64,000 nt of DNA from Hormiphora californensis. Its lineage: Eukaryota; Animalia; Ctenophora. Under the pieces are notes generated by a model, which was not told where the DNA came from, ran no database searches, and was given only the letters and a program-made list of their open reading frames with translations. A program made the translations under genes and the position numbers. The stretch covers positions 3,348,001 through 3,412,000 of the forward strand of contig CM035355.1 in the NCBI GenBank assembly GCA_020137815.1, in the 5' to 3' direction. Shown one piece after another: positions 34,937 through 47,876 of the stretch (position 1 is its first letter; the number at the start of each line of letters is the position of its first letter).

Positions 34937-37074
34937 ATGGTTTGGAAGGTTATTATTCTTGGTTTGGTGGTCTTGGAAACTGGTGGGCAACAAATAACCG
35001 ATGATTTAGATTCCTTTACTAAGTCTGCAAGGTTATTGTTAATATTGACACAATATGATCTATTATGATTTTGCTGTATTTTAGACATAGGGTAAGCTGG
35101 GGCGAAAGTGGCCCATTTTTAACGTTTTAGGTTCTAAAATACGCAATTTATACAACAGGAAGAAAAAAATTATATAGGCTATCCAATGAAACCTTTTCCT
35201 TTCAGCCGAGCTAAATTTTAAAATCTACAAGTTTTATTTAATGGGTTAATTAATCAATTCAAATAATTTGGTGAGGCATTTTTTGGAAAATTTGCACCGG
35301 GGCAAAGTGGCCCAAGCCAATAGCATTGCTCGATTTTATCACGTGCCTGGTGTTGTTAGACGAAACGATCAAACTAGGGGCAAAATGGCCCATGTTCTGC
35401 ACCGGAACATGGGCCACTTTGCCCCTAATTTGATCGTCTGTACTACATTTTTGTGCATTCCAATGTCACGTGGTATTGCAGGCGCCATTTCATTGGTCCT
35501 AGAGGTGGGCCAATTTGCCCCAGACCGGACCACTTTGCCCCGGAGAGTGGGCCATATTCGCCCCGATTTCACAAAATTGACAATTAAGACAACAAAAATG
35601 CCAATTTCTTCAAAAATTTTTATACCAAGTTTTAGAGAATTATAAAGCCTAACTGGCAGTTTTTGCAAAACTAAAATCGGCCAACCCAAACAGAAGTGAC
35701 AGCAGTTTTAAAGCGAAAATTCGGAACAGAACGAGCAGGTCTCCGCTGGAGAAAAAGTCACGTGACCACATGTAATAACTAGGGCCACTTTGCCCCATAC
35801 ATGGGCCACTTTACCCCGCGGGCCATTTCACCCCAGCTTACCCTACAGTCAAAACTCGATTTACCAGAAATTTCCTCTCGGTAGACCCTTGATCGTGCAA
35901 AAATCATACCCCCGAGAAGCCCAAGTTTGACTGTTTTTGATAACAGTTTTTCTACAATTTCAGTTCTGTATCACAGCCGCCCCCGGTTCCAGTGGATCAG
36001 GGGGATATCCACATAACACACATTGACACTGGGCCTGATAATGTAAGTGAAAATGGGATGAATAATACAATTGGATCAACTAAAACACCCGTTGTTTAAC
36101 CACGTATATATATTTTAAATTCTCTGCGCATGACGGTATGACCATATAATACCAGCTAAAATCATGGACTCTAGGTGTTTCTAGCGTTGCCACACAATGA
36201 CTCCCTTCGACTGGTGTGTTCCTATTCGGGGGAAGAGGAACAAGCTCCCACCAACTTAACATGGTCATACGCAGGTAATAAAACATAATTATGATATAAG
36301 AAACATTTAATTTTATAGCTGTTTGTATATTGATTCATTTCTCTAGGCACAATTCTTTTGATTAATATAAACAATTTGTCTTGGACTAGTCTAATAAGAA
36401 CGGGATATTAACTTCTAAACAATCCAAACAAATTGCTATAAACAATGCACTATATCATTGGGCAATGATATATAACTTGTTTCACACCTATACATATCTC
36501 AATATATTAAGTGCTATACCACTTATTCCTTGTCGGGTTAATGTGCTATCTATAACATCAGGTGCAATATTGAAACAAGCACAGCTGGGCCGATATGTCA
36601 CCAGTGCAGAGGTGACGGTTACCGGGGGAACCGCAGAATCAGCCGGAATGTACAAATGTTACAGTGACTCCAATGGGGTTTCCAAAAATGTTACAGTTTA
36701 TACATACGATCCGCGTAAGTAGAAATTCATTGCAACATGACACGAGTATATCATACAAAGCACAAAAGCGTAGCGGCCCAACCCCGTGTGAGGGGGCGCA
36801 CAGAGCATTGGCCTAACCCTCATTTCTTTCAACGAGAACTGTGCTCAGAGCACTGGCCTGACAGGCGTGAACAGAGGGGCATGAGACGTGCCCAAAGTAG
36901 GTTATCAAATACAATAAAGCTACTTGACACATTGGCTAGATATCAAGTGATACAAATGAAAAGCTTTTCTCGCTATCATTCTACTAAGCATGAGCATCTC
37001 TTTTCTATTTTGCAGTACCACCTGTCAAGTGAAGCTTCTCTTTCATATTGTTATCTTTCTCTCTCTTTCTCTCT

Positions 37075-37133
<59 letters not shown>

Positions 37134-38139
37134 CTTCTCTTTCTCTCTCTTTTTTTCTCTCTCCCTCCCTGGGGGAGGGGCAAAAAGAAGTCGCGGACGT
37201 ACTGCTGCAGTCTACGGCCTGGCGTCTATTCTATGAGTGTATGGCATAGTGACTGTATGCTGTTGCCCCCAGCACTCTCCCTAACCACTAGCCACCCTAG
37301 TAACCACTCTAGTAACCTAACCACCGCCACAGGAGGGGTTAGCACCAAGAAAGTGTCCGTTAGGAAGGGTAGTAGTGAAACTCTCTCCTTCAAGAGTCCC
37401 GTCCAACCTCCTGAGATTAGTATCCTATACACTGGTAAAATATTGAAATTGATGAAGTCATCTCCCTCTATACTACAAAGCTATCAACTACTACAAAACT
37501 ATCAACTATTCTCTGTACTTCTCCGTCCCTCTCCAACTCTAGTCTCTCTATCTCTCTATTTCTACAGCTCTTGACAGGTCCCATCTCAATTGAGGCGTTA
37601 TGATCATATGAGAGTCATATGAAGCGTTACCAATTAAAATGACATGACATTTAAATATAGATTGGACCATACAACCAATTAAAATGTCGTTCCCTTTCTA
37701 AGTTGTTCACCGAGGCTCCTACAGAAGAAGCACTGGCAGGTTGCAACATATCAGTCAGTCGAACTAACAGAGGGAATTATCTTGAGAGAGGGTGGTCTGG
37801 TGACATACACTATCCAGAACGCTACTAGCCATGGTAAGACTATATATTGTAGAAATTCAAGCATTTAGGGTAAGACGACAGTATAAATCAGTTATCTTAG
37901 AAAACCAAGCATCTATGGTAAGAGCCAAGAGGACATATTAATTATTGTAGAAAATCAAGCATTTTGATTTAGGGTGGTTTCTAATTCTTAGGGGAAGCTA
38001 GAAAATACTAAATAGTTAATATGAAGGAATCGAGACATGCCGAGATCAGTTTTATTCCCCTCTTGGGATAATGAGGGGCGAAGGGAGCACTTCAGTCGCC
38101 GCGTCAACGAGGGGGGGGGAGAGCGATAGAGAGAAGAGA

Positions 38140-38188
<49 letters not shown>

Positions 38189-38235
38189 TAGAAACAGAGA
38201 GGGAGAGAGAGAGAGAGAGAGATAGAGAAAGATAG

Positions 38236-38280
<45 letters not shown>

Positions 38281-38283
38281 TAG

Positions 38284-38358
<75 letters not shown>

Positions 38359-38360
38359 AG

Positions 38361-38398
<38 letters not shown>

Positions 38399-41300
38399 AA
38401 GATAGAAACAGAGAGGGAGAGAGAGAGATGGTATTCTTGAGTAGAGAGAAAATCAGATAAATACGAGATACTGCGGAGAAGCCACATAACAAGTATTAAA
38501 GTGCAAATAAAATTGCTATCTTGCAATAAGTTCACTTTATTTATTTGGAATATGTATTACTAATTACTAGTACCAAAATATGTTACGTAATTAAACAATT
38601 CTGAATGTGGTAAGTTTTATTAATCATAATCACTAATCATCATTTAATTTTAATAAATTTCACTAAATTATTTGTATTTATTTATCTATTATTATAAACT
38701 AACTTAATTTTCAGGTTATTATGAGTTTACCCTTTCCTTTGCTGATGTAAACCTAAAAAGAGGATTCTTTCTCAACGTCCACTCTGCACCAGAGCTGGTA
38801 TTGTTTCACGGTGCTCCTGATTTCATCAGGGTAAGTTTAGTTACTGAATTGAATTATTTTAAACGATTCGAGCCTGAAGTTTATTTTTGGCTAGACAAAT
38901 TCTACAGAAGTTTTAACTAATATCATTAAACTGCAGTATGACCGAGAGGTGGAGGTGCGATTGTTTGTAAAGGTAAACGGCTACCCAGCACCCCGGATAT
39001 CATGGATTCAGGAAAAATGCTGTCCACGGCAAACTAAACCAATCGATATCACAGTAAGATAATAAGATGATGAATTATCATAAAACAAGAATACTACTTG
39101 GTCCTGTTTAGAGCTGGGCAGAGTAATGTTAATGCCATTGTACCGCTCTAAAAACCATTCTAAACAGCTCTCGACGGGTAAAGACGTATAAGAAACATTT
39201 ATAATAATCCGTACGTCTTAAAATTATCCACGGAACACATAGAGGGAGGGAGGTTTGATAGTTACATGTGTCTTTGCAATCAAAGGATTCCATTGTGATG
39301 TCAGAATATGGGACATGGCACATGTGCTCGAGCATTTTAATGAATTTCCAGATCGCGTCAACGGTTTAAATTTAACAACCATCCATGACGCCACATTAAC
39401 TGCACTATACTTTCTGATTTTAAATAAATTTAAAGCCATAAAAAATTATCCTATCCAGGAGCTAATAAAAAACGCAGAGGAATTCCGATACTACCAAGTC
39501 CTGAATGACGGTTCAGATCTCAACTTACATGGTGGAGGACTGAGGTTTAATGGAAGCTATTGGATGACTGCTACAAACCAGCATGGCAGTGTGACTTCAG
39601 AGAAAACACAATATAGACTCATGGTAAGGATGGTAGGATACCACAACAACAAGAAAAAGATACATATCATATATATTTTATTATGTTAATGAAATAATTT
39701 AACAAAATGAATATACTGAATAATTAATATTTCTAGACATGAGTAATAAATGTCATCGTGATAAGTAGCAATTATACCTTATTCATTTTGTTTAATAAGC
39801 AATCAAAAGTGAAAGACATGTGCAAAATTTTCGTTTTGTTGTACGATTCGTTTAGAGAACGCTGCACCTATCGTCGCCGCCCCAAATCTTTTATCTTCCA
39901 TGGCTGTCACTACCTATCCAATTTTATCAAGATTATACTGCTTAGAGCTAGAGAATTCATTGATTATATATGACAGATACAAACACAATCAAATTGGGAA
40001 ATGGGCATGGCTTAAAAACAACTACTTTATAACATGTTTCAGGGATATGGTATTTCCCTGGTGTGGGGTTCACACACTAATATGGAACAGGTCGTACAGT
40101 TTGAGCACACAGGAGTCTTCAAAATCACCTGTAAAGTTAAAGCTAACTCCATATCTTCAGCAAATATTGGTATGTAGTTAAAGTTATAATGAAGTTATAA
40201 TGAAGTTATAATGAAGTTATAATGAAGTTATAATGAAGTTATAGGCGTAATCAAAACATGAAAAACACTATCTAAACACAATTAAATCCACAGTTTGGTT
40301 TAAAGACGGGGTGGTGTTGGAGGGAGTTAAAAACGAAACGGACCGTTCAAAAGAAGATACAATAGCGAACACAATCCAGGTATTCGACAAAGCAGAACAA
40401 AAGGTGTTTGTTCATAACGTATATGAATACTTAATGGCTTGTAGGGGGGGCTCTCTCTAGGCGAGAGTGAGAAATATATAAAGTCCATTTTTATTCAACT
40501 GTTCACCCTCCAACTCGTGCGCGTGCGATATTTTAATTTACGCTGCGCGCGCTACACGTTAACATGTGATAGACGCGCAAAACATTTCCGCGCACGACTT
40601 TGGGGGGTGAACAGTTGAAAAAAAATGGAGTATATTGCATCAGCAGTACCAATATGATATACTTGAGTTACTTTTGAGTTATTGGGTAATGAGCGGCGTG
40701 ACCTACATAATGCTAGTATGTATATTCATCGAAGGAAAAATCTGATAAAATTTATGGCCTTGACTCCCATTAAAACACCTTATATGACTACTTTAAACGA
40801 TATACTAATGTGACCATGAGTAACCCTCCATGTGACTCTCCATACGCCACCATGGTTTGCTGGTTATACCGGATTTATGTGCTTCGTTATACTTTTAGTA
40901 ACTTGTACTTGTCATGACTTCCCCCTCAACCTGAAAAAAACATGGACAATAATCTATATGTCATGATACTGGCAACATGAACAACAACTGACATTTGCCA
41001 TGACGTGTCATGAACACATCACTTGAAACCACTTTAAACAGATTGATATTTGATAACATCACTTCACACAGATTGAACGACCAGGACTGAGTGTGTCGGG
41101 AAAGTACAGCTGCAGAGCGGAGACGGACCTCCAGCAGACGTTATGGAGTTACAGCACTGTAGTTACCGTTGTGAAACAACCCAAAATAACCGTCACACCA
41201 AAGGTAAGAGTGTGTTATATTGCTCCTTCATAAATAAATATATTGCTCCTACATAAAAATACAAAGAAATTCAATTTATGAAGGAGCCATCGCATGTGCT

Positions 41301-44300
41301 AGTAAATTTCTGTGAGAACAATCTCTCTCCTCTAAAGAGCTGTCATTAGAATATGCTGCTACACGTGTGACAAGGTTGTCAAAAAAAGAATTGGGTGCAT
41401 GCTAAGGAGACCCGAGACATGTTTCGATATTGTCTTCACAGAGAGAAAGTAATTATGCAGGGCGGGGGTCAGTGACCATTATTAATTAACTTTTTTATAT
41501 CATGTGCATATTCAAGATAAAAACCACAAAATTAGTTCAATAAAATAGGCCGCTTTAACAAGGTGAATGCTCAATGCGTAACAAAGCCTCTACAACTTAA
41601 TCAGGACGTTGTCTATCTCATAATATTTTCTCTCCCTCAACTTCCTCAACCCTCGATAACTCTGCAATTTGTCTGTACTATCTCGATCACTTACATATAC
41701 GTAGAGAGAGAGGGCCTTTTTCTAGACTTCCCCTTCGTGTCTACATGCCCCTAACGTTAGATTTTTCCCCCGCCCGGGTGAATGCCGAAGGCATTCACCC
41801 GGATGCCTTTTGCAAAAAGGCATAGGGGTTTAGAATTCGACAAGTTTACATACTAGTGAAGTGTCACGCTTTTTTTTCCTGTAACGTAACCCATCCATAG
41901 CAACCATCCAGTGCGGAGTGCTCAAAATATCATTTGAAATACTTCACACACGCTCTAATCCAAATTGTCCACGAAGGCGACGCCCGCAAAGTTATTACAG
42001 TGCTGAAATGACGCACCTTCATTAGAACGCGCAGCCCGGCGCCGCGCGCCCCTAATTCCTGTTTGTAATTCATAACGTTCATCGCTCGTCATGTGTTCGT
42101 CATTACAATTGCACTCTGGTATTGTCATTGAATACATGAGGTTAGTTGAGTGGAGATCACATAGACTAGAATTAAAAGGAGCCTAATTAGGCAGCTCATA
42201 TCACCTGCACTGTTCTGTCTCACCTTTCAGAATCTCATTAGGTCATGGGTGATGGGATGTAATTAGGAGTGTCACATGCCAATGGCGGGGAAATACAGTA
42301 CTATGGATACATAGTGCAAATATTCTTGTTGCTAATCAACACTGATAGTCATTTCTCCTTCAAGATTTTTAAAAACGGACCCCCCTCCACTCCTATCAGG
42401 TTTATAAAGCAGCTATAGGATCGACGGTAATATTTTCCTGCAACGTTAGAAACATGGATGGAGACAGGGGAAGGGATTGGGATGTTCTGTACAAGCTAAG
42501 AGGAATAACTGGACCCGTGGCACACAATCAAACCACAGGTAGGTTGCCCTCCAATATTATTATAGCCTGTCGTCTAAAGGGGTCTAAAGGAGTTCTTATC
42601 GTTAATTATTATATAGGTACTTGCCAACGTCAACTGACAAGTTAAATATGCCCCCCCTTGTTCAACTGGACATATTAGAATGATCTTGGATATAGAATTT
42701 AGAATTTTGATATCACTTATCCAATCAGAGTTCCCTGGGTAAGTCTATATCCTGGATATCAGGGAATATATGCCTTCAATGATCACGAACCCCTCTTTTT
42801 CATATTTCACTTTCAGATGGTCTACTGTACATAAAGAATGTGACCCAGGACATGGTGGTTCGATGTGATACAGCTCCACAACCCCACATATCTCCACTGT
42901 TCGCCGATGGACTAGTCAGAATAGTGGATAGCCCTCCCATACAAGTCCAAATTCAGCCACAAAAAACGTAAGTTATAAATGAGCAACTCGTTATTCAGCA
43001 GCAGTTTTGAAACTGAAATGATGTATTATGGATTGACTGTTATTAATTTTGTTACTGTGTGAAGTATAAACTTAAATCACTGATTTCTGATCACAGGAGC
43101 TATAGTGTTGGGGATACGATGTTGCTTCGGTGTGCCATTACCAAAGAAAAACTTGTCGACTCAACTACCACCTACTGGCGATGGAGTGGCAGTAGGAATA
43201 AAAGTGAAACTGAAATTTACTATCATCAACAATCTGGTATGTGGTAGGATCTTGAGAATATTTGTTGAGTAATGTGTCAACAAGAGGGTATATAGGGCAA
43301 TAACCGAACCATCTTAACACGGCGTCATACACATTTCTATTTGGAATTTCTATCTGGAATTTCTATTTGGAATTTCTATCTGGAAGAACCGCACGTGCAG
43401 ATGCGCCGCGCCGCGGCTCATATTCACGTGCGATATTAAAGAGAGAGACGCACATAAACGTTATACGATTGTCTCTCACTCTCTCTGGAAAAACCGCACG
43501 TGCAGATGCGCCGCGCCGCGGCTCAAATTCACGTGCGTGTTATACAGATTCTGACAGAAAATACAAGCAAGAAATTCCAGGTGGAAATGTGTATGACGGA
43601 CTGTTACAGTCCGTCATACACATTTCCACCTGGAATTTCTTGCTTGTATTTTCTGTCAGAATCGACCATGATAGCTGTCTACCTAGTGCCCGAGAAAATA
43701 AAATTCGTTGTGAGATCTATATTATAAAGTGCCCAAACAAATGAACGTCGTGAGGAGTATGATGTAGTATCCCACGTGCAAATAGAGGGGGGTTGCCAAG
43801 GAGGTGCCATAGCCCCTACGCAGCGAGTGATTGATGGCTGCACGTGCGGGTTGGTGCAGCGGGTGAGAGGGGTGATTCTGGGTGAGGGAGAGCGTGGGGA
43901 TTCAAGTCAACGGGTGCTCTACTCCAACGGGCTTTCTAGTTCACAATATTAAGAGTTTGAACGTCTACAGATTTATAGGCAAACCTCGATGTGAAATGAA
44001 ATAGATTTCTAAGAATCGATTGCAAAAGAAAATAAAAGTTTCTAGAAATTACGTAAATTTTCTCTTATTTGGAAATCTAAGCTCCATTTACTGGAAAATC
44101 ATCTTTTTGCGTACCTTCTAAAAATGTTTGTTGAGGAGATTCTATAGTTAAGGAAAATGTTATATGCAGGCGAAATACGTAGCGTGAGAGCTCGTTGAGA
44201 GGACAACCTCCTGAGAAGCTCTTCAGTCTCTGTTAATGGTTTATACCATTTAAATATGAGAGAGAGGGAGGAAGGGGGTTGCTGCTCCGCGATACCATTA

Positions 44301-46786
44301 ACCATCTCATGACATTTCCGACGGTTTAAAACTGGCTAGCCAACCAATCACTTTGCATTACAGTCGCCGGATTTTTTTTCTGTCAGATTCGTCGAGGTGC
44401 AGAAAGTTAAACGACATAAATCGTGATGGTTATAGAACTTTCGAGTTGTAAAGGCGTCAATGTAGCTTCTTCTCTGCGGAAGAATATATATACAGTCGGA
44501 CCCCGATTTAGTGGCATCCTCGGGGGAAAAAAATCCTGCCACTAAATCGGGGTGCCACTAAATCGAGGTGAGCCATATTTGGCCCATAAAAACCTACTTT
44601 ATGCCCAAAATGCTATACTAAGACTAAAGACACCTCTAACTGTTATATGCAAATATTCATGTATTGATGACATGATCATTTCTGATTAGAAATAGAAAAC
44701 TATAGAATAACTTTTTCAAAAAAATTGTGAAAAATTTTCTAAGTTATACCAGCCCGTCCGATGTGTGTTTCGAATCGGTGCAGCTTACTGGATGTCCTGT
44801 CTAATTAGCGGGTTCGAAACGAACCGATACGTGATACCATGCCGAATCGGGGCACCCTAAAAGTAAGCGGGTGAGGCCGAGGAAGTATCAAAATTTCAAA
44901 ATAACTTTTTCTCTCAAAATTTATGGGGAGCACCGATCAAAGCATTGACAATCGTACTGTAAAATTTTGCAAAAAAAGTTTTAAAATTTTTTAAAGGTAT
45001 ACCAGCCACGTCCGAATCGTGTTTCGAATCGGTGCATCTTATAGCATGTCTTGCTGCTAATTAGACGGTTCGGAACGAATCGAAACGTGATCCCCATCGA
45101 ATCGAAATTTTGACGCTTGGTGAACTTATGATTCAATGGCTCCATGGGGATCACGTATCGGTTCGTTCCGAACCGTCTAATTAGCAGCAGGACATGTGAT
45201 AAGATTCACTGATTCGAAACACGATTCGGACGTGGCTGGTATTCCTTTGAAAAATTTTCAAAAAAATTTCACAAAAAATTTCACAAAAAAATTCAAAAAA
45301 ATTTTTGGGGGAAAAAAATCCTGCCACTAAATCGGGGTGCCACTAAATCGGGGGCCACTAAATCGGGGTCCGACTGTACTTAAAATATATATAAGAGATA
45401 CAGAAGATAACATGAAGAATCGTTTATAGAGCGTTACGGGCTCCCTTGCACCTCGGGAGATCTCCGCGGGAGATCTCCCGTTGATCTCCCAGAAAAGTAT
45501 AATTTTTTAACTTTTTGTTGAAATTGGAAAAATATCGGTTGTTACCGACTAATTTGGACCCGCTGAACACGATCCAGCCCTCAGAAAAGCTCTCAAAAGT
45601 CAAGAACATGCTCAAAATTGAAATTTTTGTTCACGGCTAAGAATACACATAAACACAAAATTTCAATTTTGAGCATGTTCTTGACTTTTGAGAGCTTTTC
45701 TGAGGGCTGGATCGTGTTCAGCGGGTCCAAATTAGTCGGTAACAACCGATATTTTTCCAATTTCAACAAAAAGTTAAAAAATTATACTTTTCTGGGAGAT
45801 CAACGGGAGATCTCCCGCGGAGATCTCCTGAGGTGCAAGGGAGCCCGTTACGTCGGTGACGTATTAAATACATCGCTTATGCCCTTTATAAAAGTTTCAA
45901 TTCATTAACTTCAGATTCGAAAAGAACAGAAATTCTCCTTATGGAAGATTTACAAGAAGCGGACACGGGATTTTACACCTGTATAGTCGAAAGCAGCAAA
46001 AATGGTAAATGAATGCTTAAATTGATTTCGAATTTTCTTCCCAAATCATGAGGTTTGAAACAGGAAACTGTGCTATTGCTAATTCCCTTGTGAATGCAGG
46101 TCGATACGAGGACAGAGTGAAAGTAGAGGTAAAAAGTGAAGTTCCTGGGACGCTTATTGCCACATTGATATCCGTATCCATTCTCTGCATCTTGCTGATT
46201 ACCATGGTAACAATTCTGGTAACTATAAAAGGGGCCGACTAGATTGTTCAAAAATACGCGTATTTTCGAAGAATCCGGCCGGTTCCGTAATGTCCTTAGC
46301 TGAAATATGATTCGTGACTCTTCCACTGTTAGTATCATTAGGGGAAAATCTAACTGAATGGCATCCCATTAATGGGATCCCATCAACAGTAAAACTCTAA
46401 CTGATAATGGACCACAGTGATGGTTCTTTCTCTTTATTCTCTCTGTGTGCGCGCCCGTGCCCGGGCATGCCCAATAGTTCTTTCTCTGTATTCTCTCTGT
46501 AGGCAGTACATAGATGTACTGCCTACAGAGAGAATACAGAGAAAGAACCATCACTGTGGTCCATTATCAGTTAGAGTTTTACTGTTGATGGAATCCCATT
46601 AATGGGATGCCATTCAGTTAGAGTTTCCCCTTACGGATAAACTTCTAACCAATGTTATTTAAAATTCCAATTTAGGTTGTGTTAATATCACGTTTGGGGA
46701 ATAAGAGTAAACTTCACGATAAATACATTCTTCCTATACCTGGAAGTGAGCCTGGGGAGGAGAAGGAGATATCTACAACTTTATAG
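34937..46786 (+). CDS. Single-pass immunoglobulin-superfamily adhesion molecule (~6 Ig domains, TM, short tail ending -STTL)
   Basis: Signal peptide MVWKVIILGLVVLETGG and ~18 GT-AG exons. Motifs: LRLVCSYSG..NLTWSY..SAGMYKCYS; VNGYPAPRISW..GSYWMTATNQHG; ITCKVKAN..VWFKDG..SGKYSCRAE; VIFSCNV; LLRCAI..YWRW..DTGFYTCIV. TM LIATLISVSILCILLITMVVLI. Stop TAG at 46784-46786, AATAAA at ~46830. Confidence 0.85.
35090..35843. mobile_element. TA-flanked MITE (Tc1/pogo-type) with GGGGCAAAGTGGCCC subrepeats, intron 1 of the Ig gene
   Basis: TA|GGGTAAGCTGGGGCGAAA ... TTTCACCCCAGCTTACCC|TA. Confidence 0.88.
35846..35933. mobile_element. Degenerate pogo-type micro-MITE abutting the previous element
   Basis: TA|CAGTCAAAACTCGATTTA ... 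AAGTTTGACTG. Confidence 0.55.
40484..40630. mobile_element. Palindromic MITE (~150 bp)
   Basis: TCCATTTTTATTCAACTGTTCACCCTCCAA..TCGTGCGCG / CGCGCACGA..TTGGGGGGTGAACAGTTGAAAAAAAATGGA. Confidence 0.75.
41762..42330 (+). mobile_element. Helentron (DINE-1/HINE-like) non-autonomous element
   Basis: 5' TTTTT-CCCCCGCC subTIR with hairpin CCGGGTGAATGCC-GAA-GGCATTCACCCGG. 3' GGCGGGGAAA subTIR (42284-42293), then stem-loop ACTATG-GATA-CATAGT and a TTCTTGTT end. Confidence 0.7.
43318..43662. mobile_element. MITE plus adjacent partial inverted copy forming a ~115-bp perfect hairpin (43548-43662)
   Basis: CGTCATACACATTTC / GAAATGTGTATGACG termini. Internal direct repeat ACCGCACGTGCAGATGCGCCGCGCCGCGGCTCA occurs twice. 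Confidence 0.7.
43716..43939 (+). mobile_element. Non-autonomous Helitron (224 bp)
   Basis: A|TCTATATTATAAAGTGCCC ... CAACGGGCTTTCTAG|T, i.e. 5'-TC and 3'-CTAG inserted between A and T. The 3' hairpin is degenerate. Confidence 0.6.
44493..45376. mobile_element. pogo/Tigger-type MITE, CAGTCGGACCCCGATTTA family (long, ~880 bp)
   Basis: TA|CAGTCGGACCCCGATTTAGTGG ... CCACTAAATCGGGGTCCGACTG|TA. Inverted relative to the copy at 52207. Confidence 0.95.
45437..45847. mobile_element. PIF/Harbinger-type fold-back MITE (~190-bp arms)
   Basis: TTA|CGGGCTCCCTTGCACCTC ... GAGGTGCAAGGGAGCCCG|TTA. ORFs 45424- and 45618+ are mirror images. Confidence 0.88.
46341..46630. mobile_element. PIF/Harbinger (Tourist-like) palindromic MITE in the last intron of the Ig gene
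   Basis: TTA|GGGGAAAATCTAACTGAATGGCATCCC ... GGGATGCCATTCAGTTAGAGTTTCCCC|TTA. Confidence 0.9.
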
Positions 46787-47737
46787 TCTTCAGATCATTT
46801 TATTGTGTTTTGTAGTTTAGATTTTTGGAAATAAAAGTGTTTGTAAATGTTATTCATTTGGACATACTTAATTGAATTAACAATAAATAAACTAAATTGA
46901 ATAAAATGAATTAAAATGTTATTTTATATTTGTGCCATACTGATAATGGGGGTAGCAAATTCTAGAATGAAATGTCCATATTCAAAATCAATAAATGAAA
47001 CTGAAAGACAAATTAGGTGAAACTAGAATTTAATAGGTCTCAATTGCTTATATTTTAAAATGCAATGTAATGATGTGTATTTGTATAAGTAATATTAATT
47101 ACATACTTGTAAAATATTTCATTTCTACGATAATGAACTGTTTTTACAATTGTGTCAAATAATTTGTACGTGATGAAGGATTAAGATTATGATGTATTGC
47201 TTGACGGCTGTAGTTCTAAACTCATTAAATAGTGTCTCACCATAAGCTAAGGAAACGATTTTTTTCTCAGGAGTTGACAGAAACTATAAGTATTTTATAT
47301 AAATTTACTCAATTATTAATAATGACCTGCAGTATCCAATATGGTGTTTTTTGTAGCTTCCCCAATATATGTTGTATAATAATCGTAACCACCTTTTAAC
47401 AACGTTTTTACTACAAAAACCATAATGACGGGATGTTTTTGTTCATGCCAACCACACACGTTTGTTATCTTTCCGGTGGCCCGGGCTGTATATCTATTGA
47501 TTAACGAGGGGTAGTCGAATGTCATATTACATATCCGGGTTCTTCCCCAATATTTTGCATAATATTTATGATGTTTATGTCATATTTATCATGGTGTACC
47601 GACAGTGTTCACGGCAGTTTGTGGCACATGCAGAGAGGTCAAGTTACATGCCGATAAAACACCCATCCATCTGCTGGTTCTCTCTCTCTCTCTCTCTCTC
47701 TCTTCTTTATCTCTCTCGTGTCGTTCTATATATCGCG

Positions 47738-47794
<57 letters not shown>

Positions 47795-47876
47795 GGCTAA
47801 AACATGACCAGCACTTCCCTGGTTTTATCCTCTCTCGTCACTTCGCCGCGAACATATTTATTGTTGTTGTGTAACT

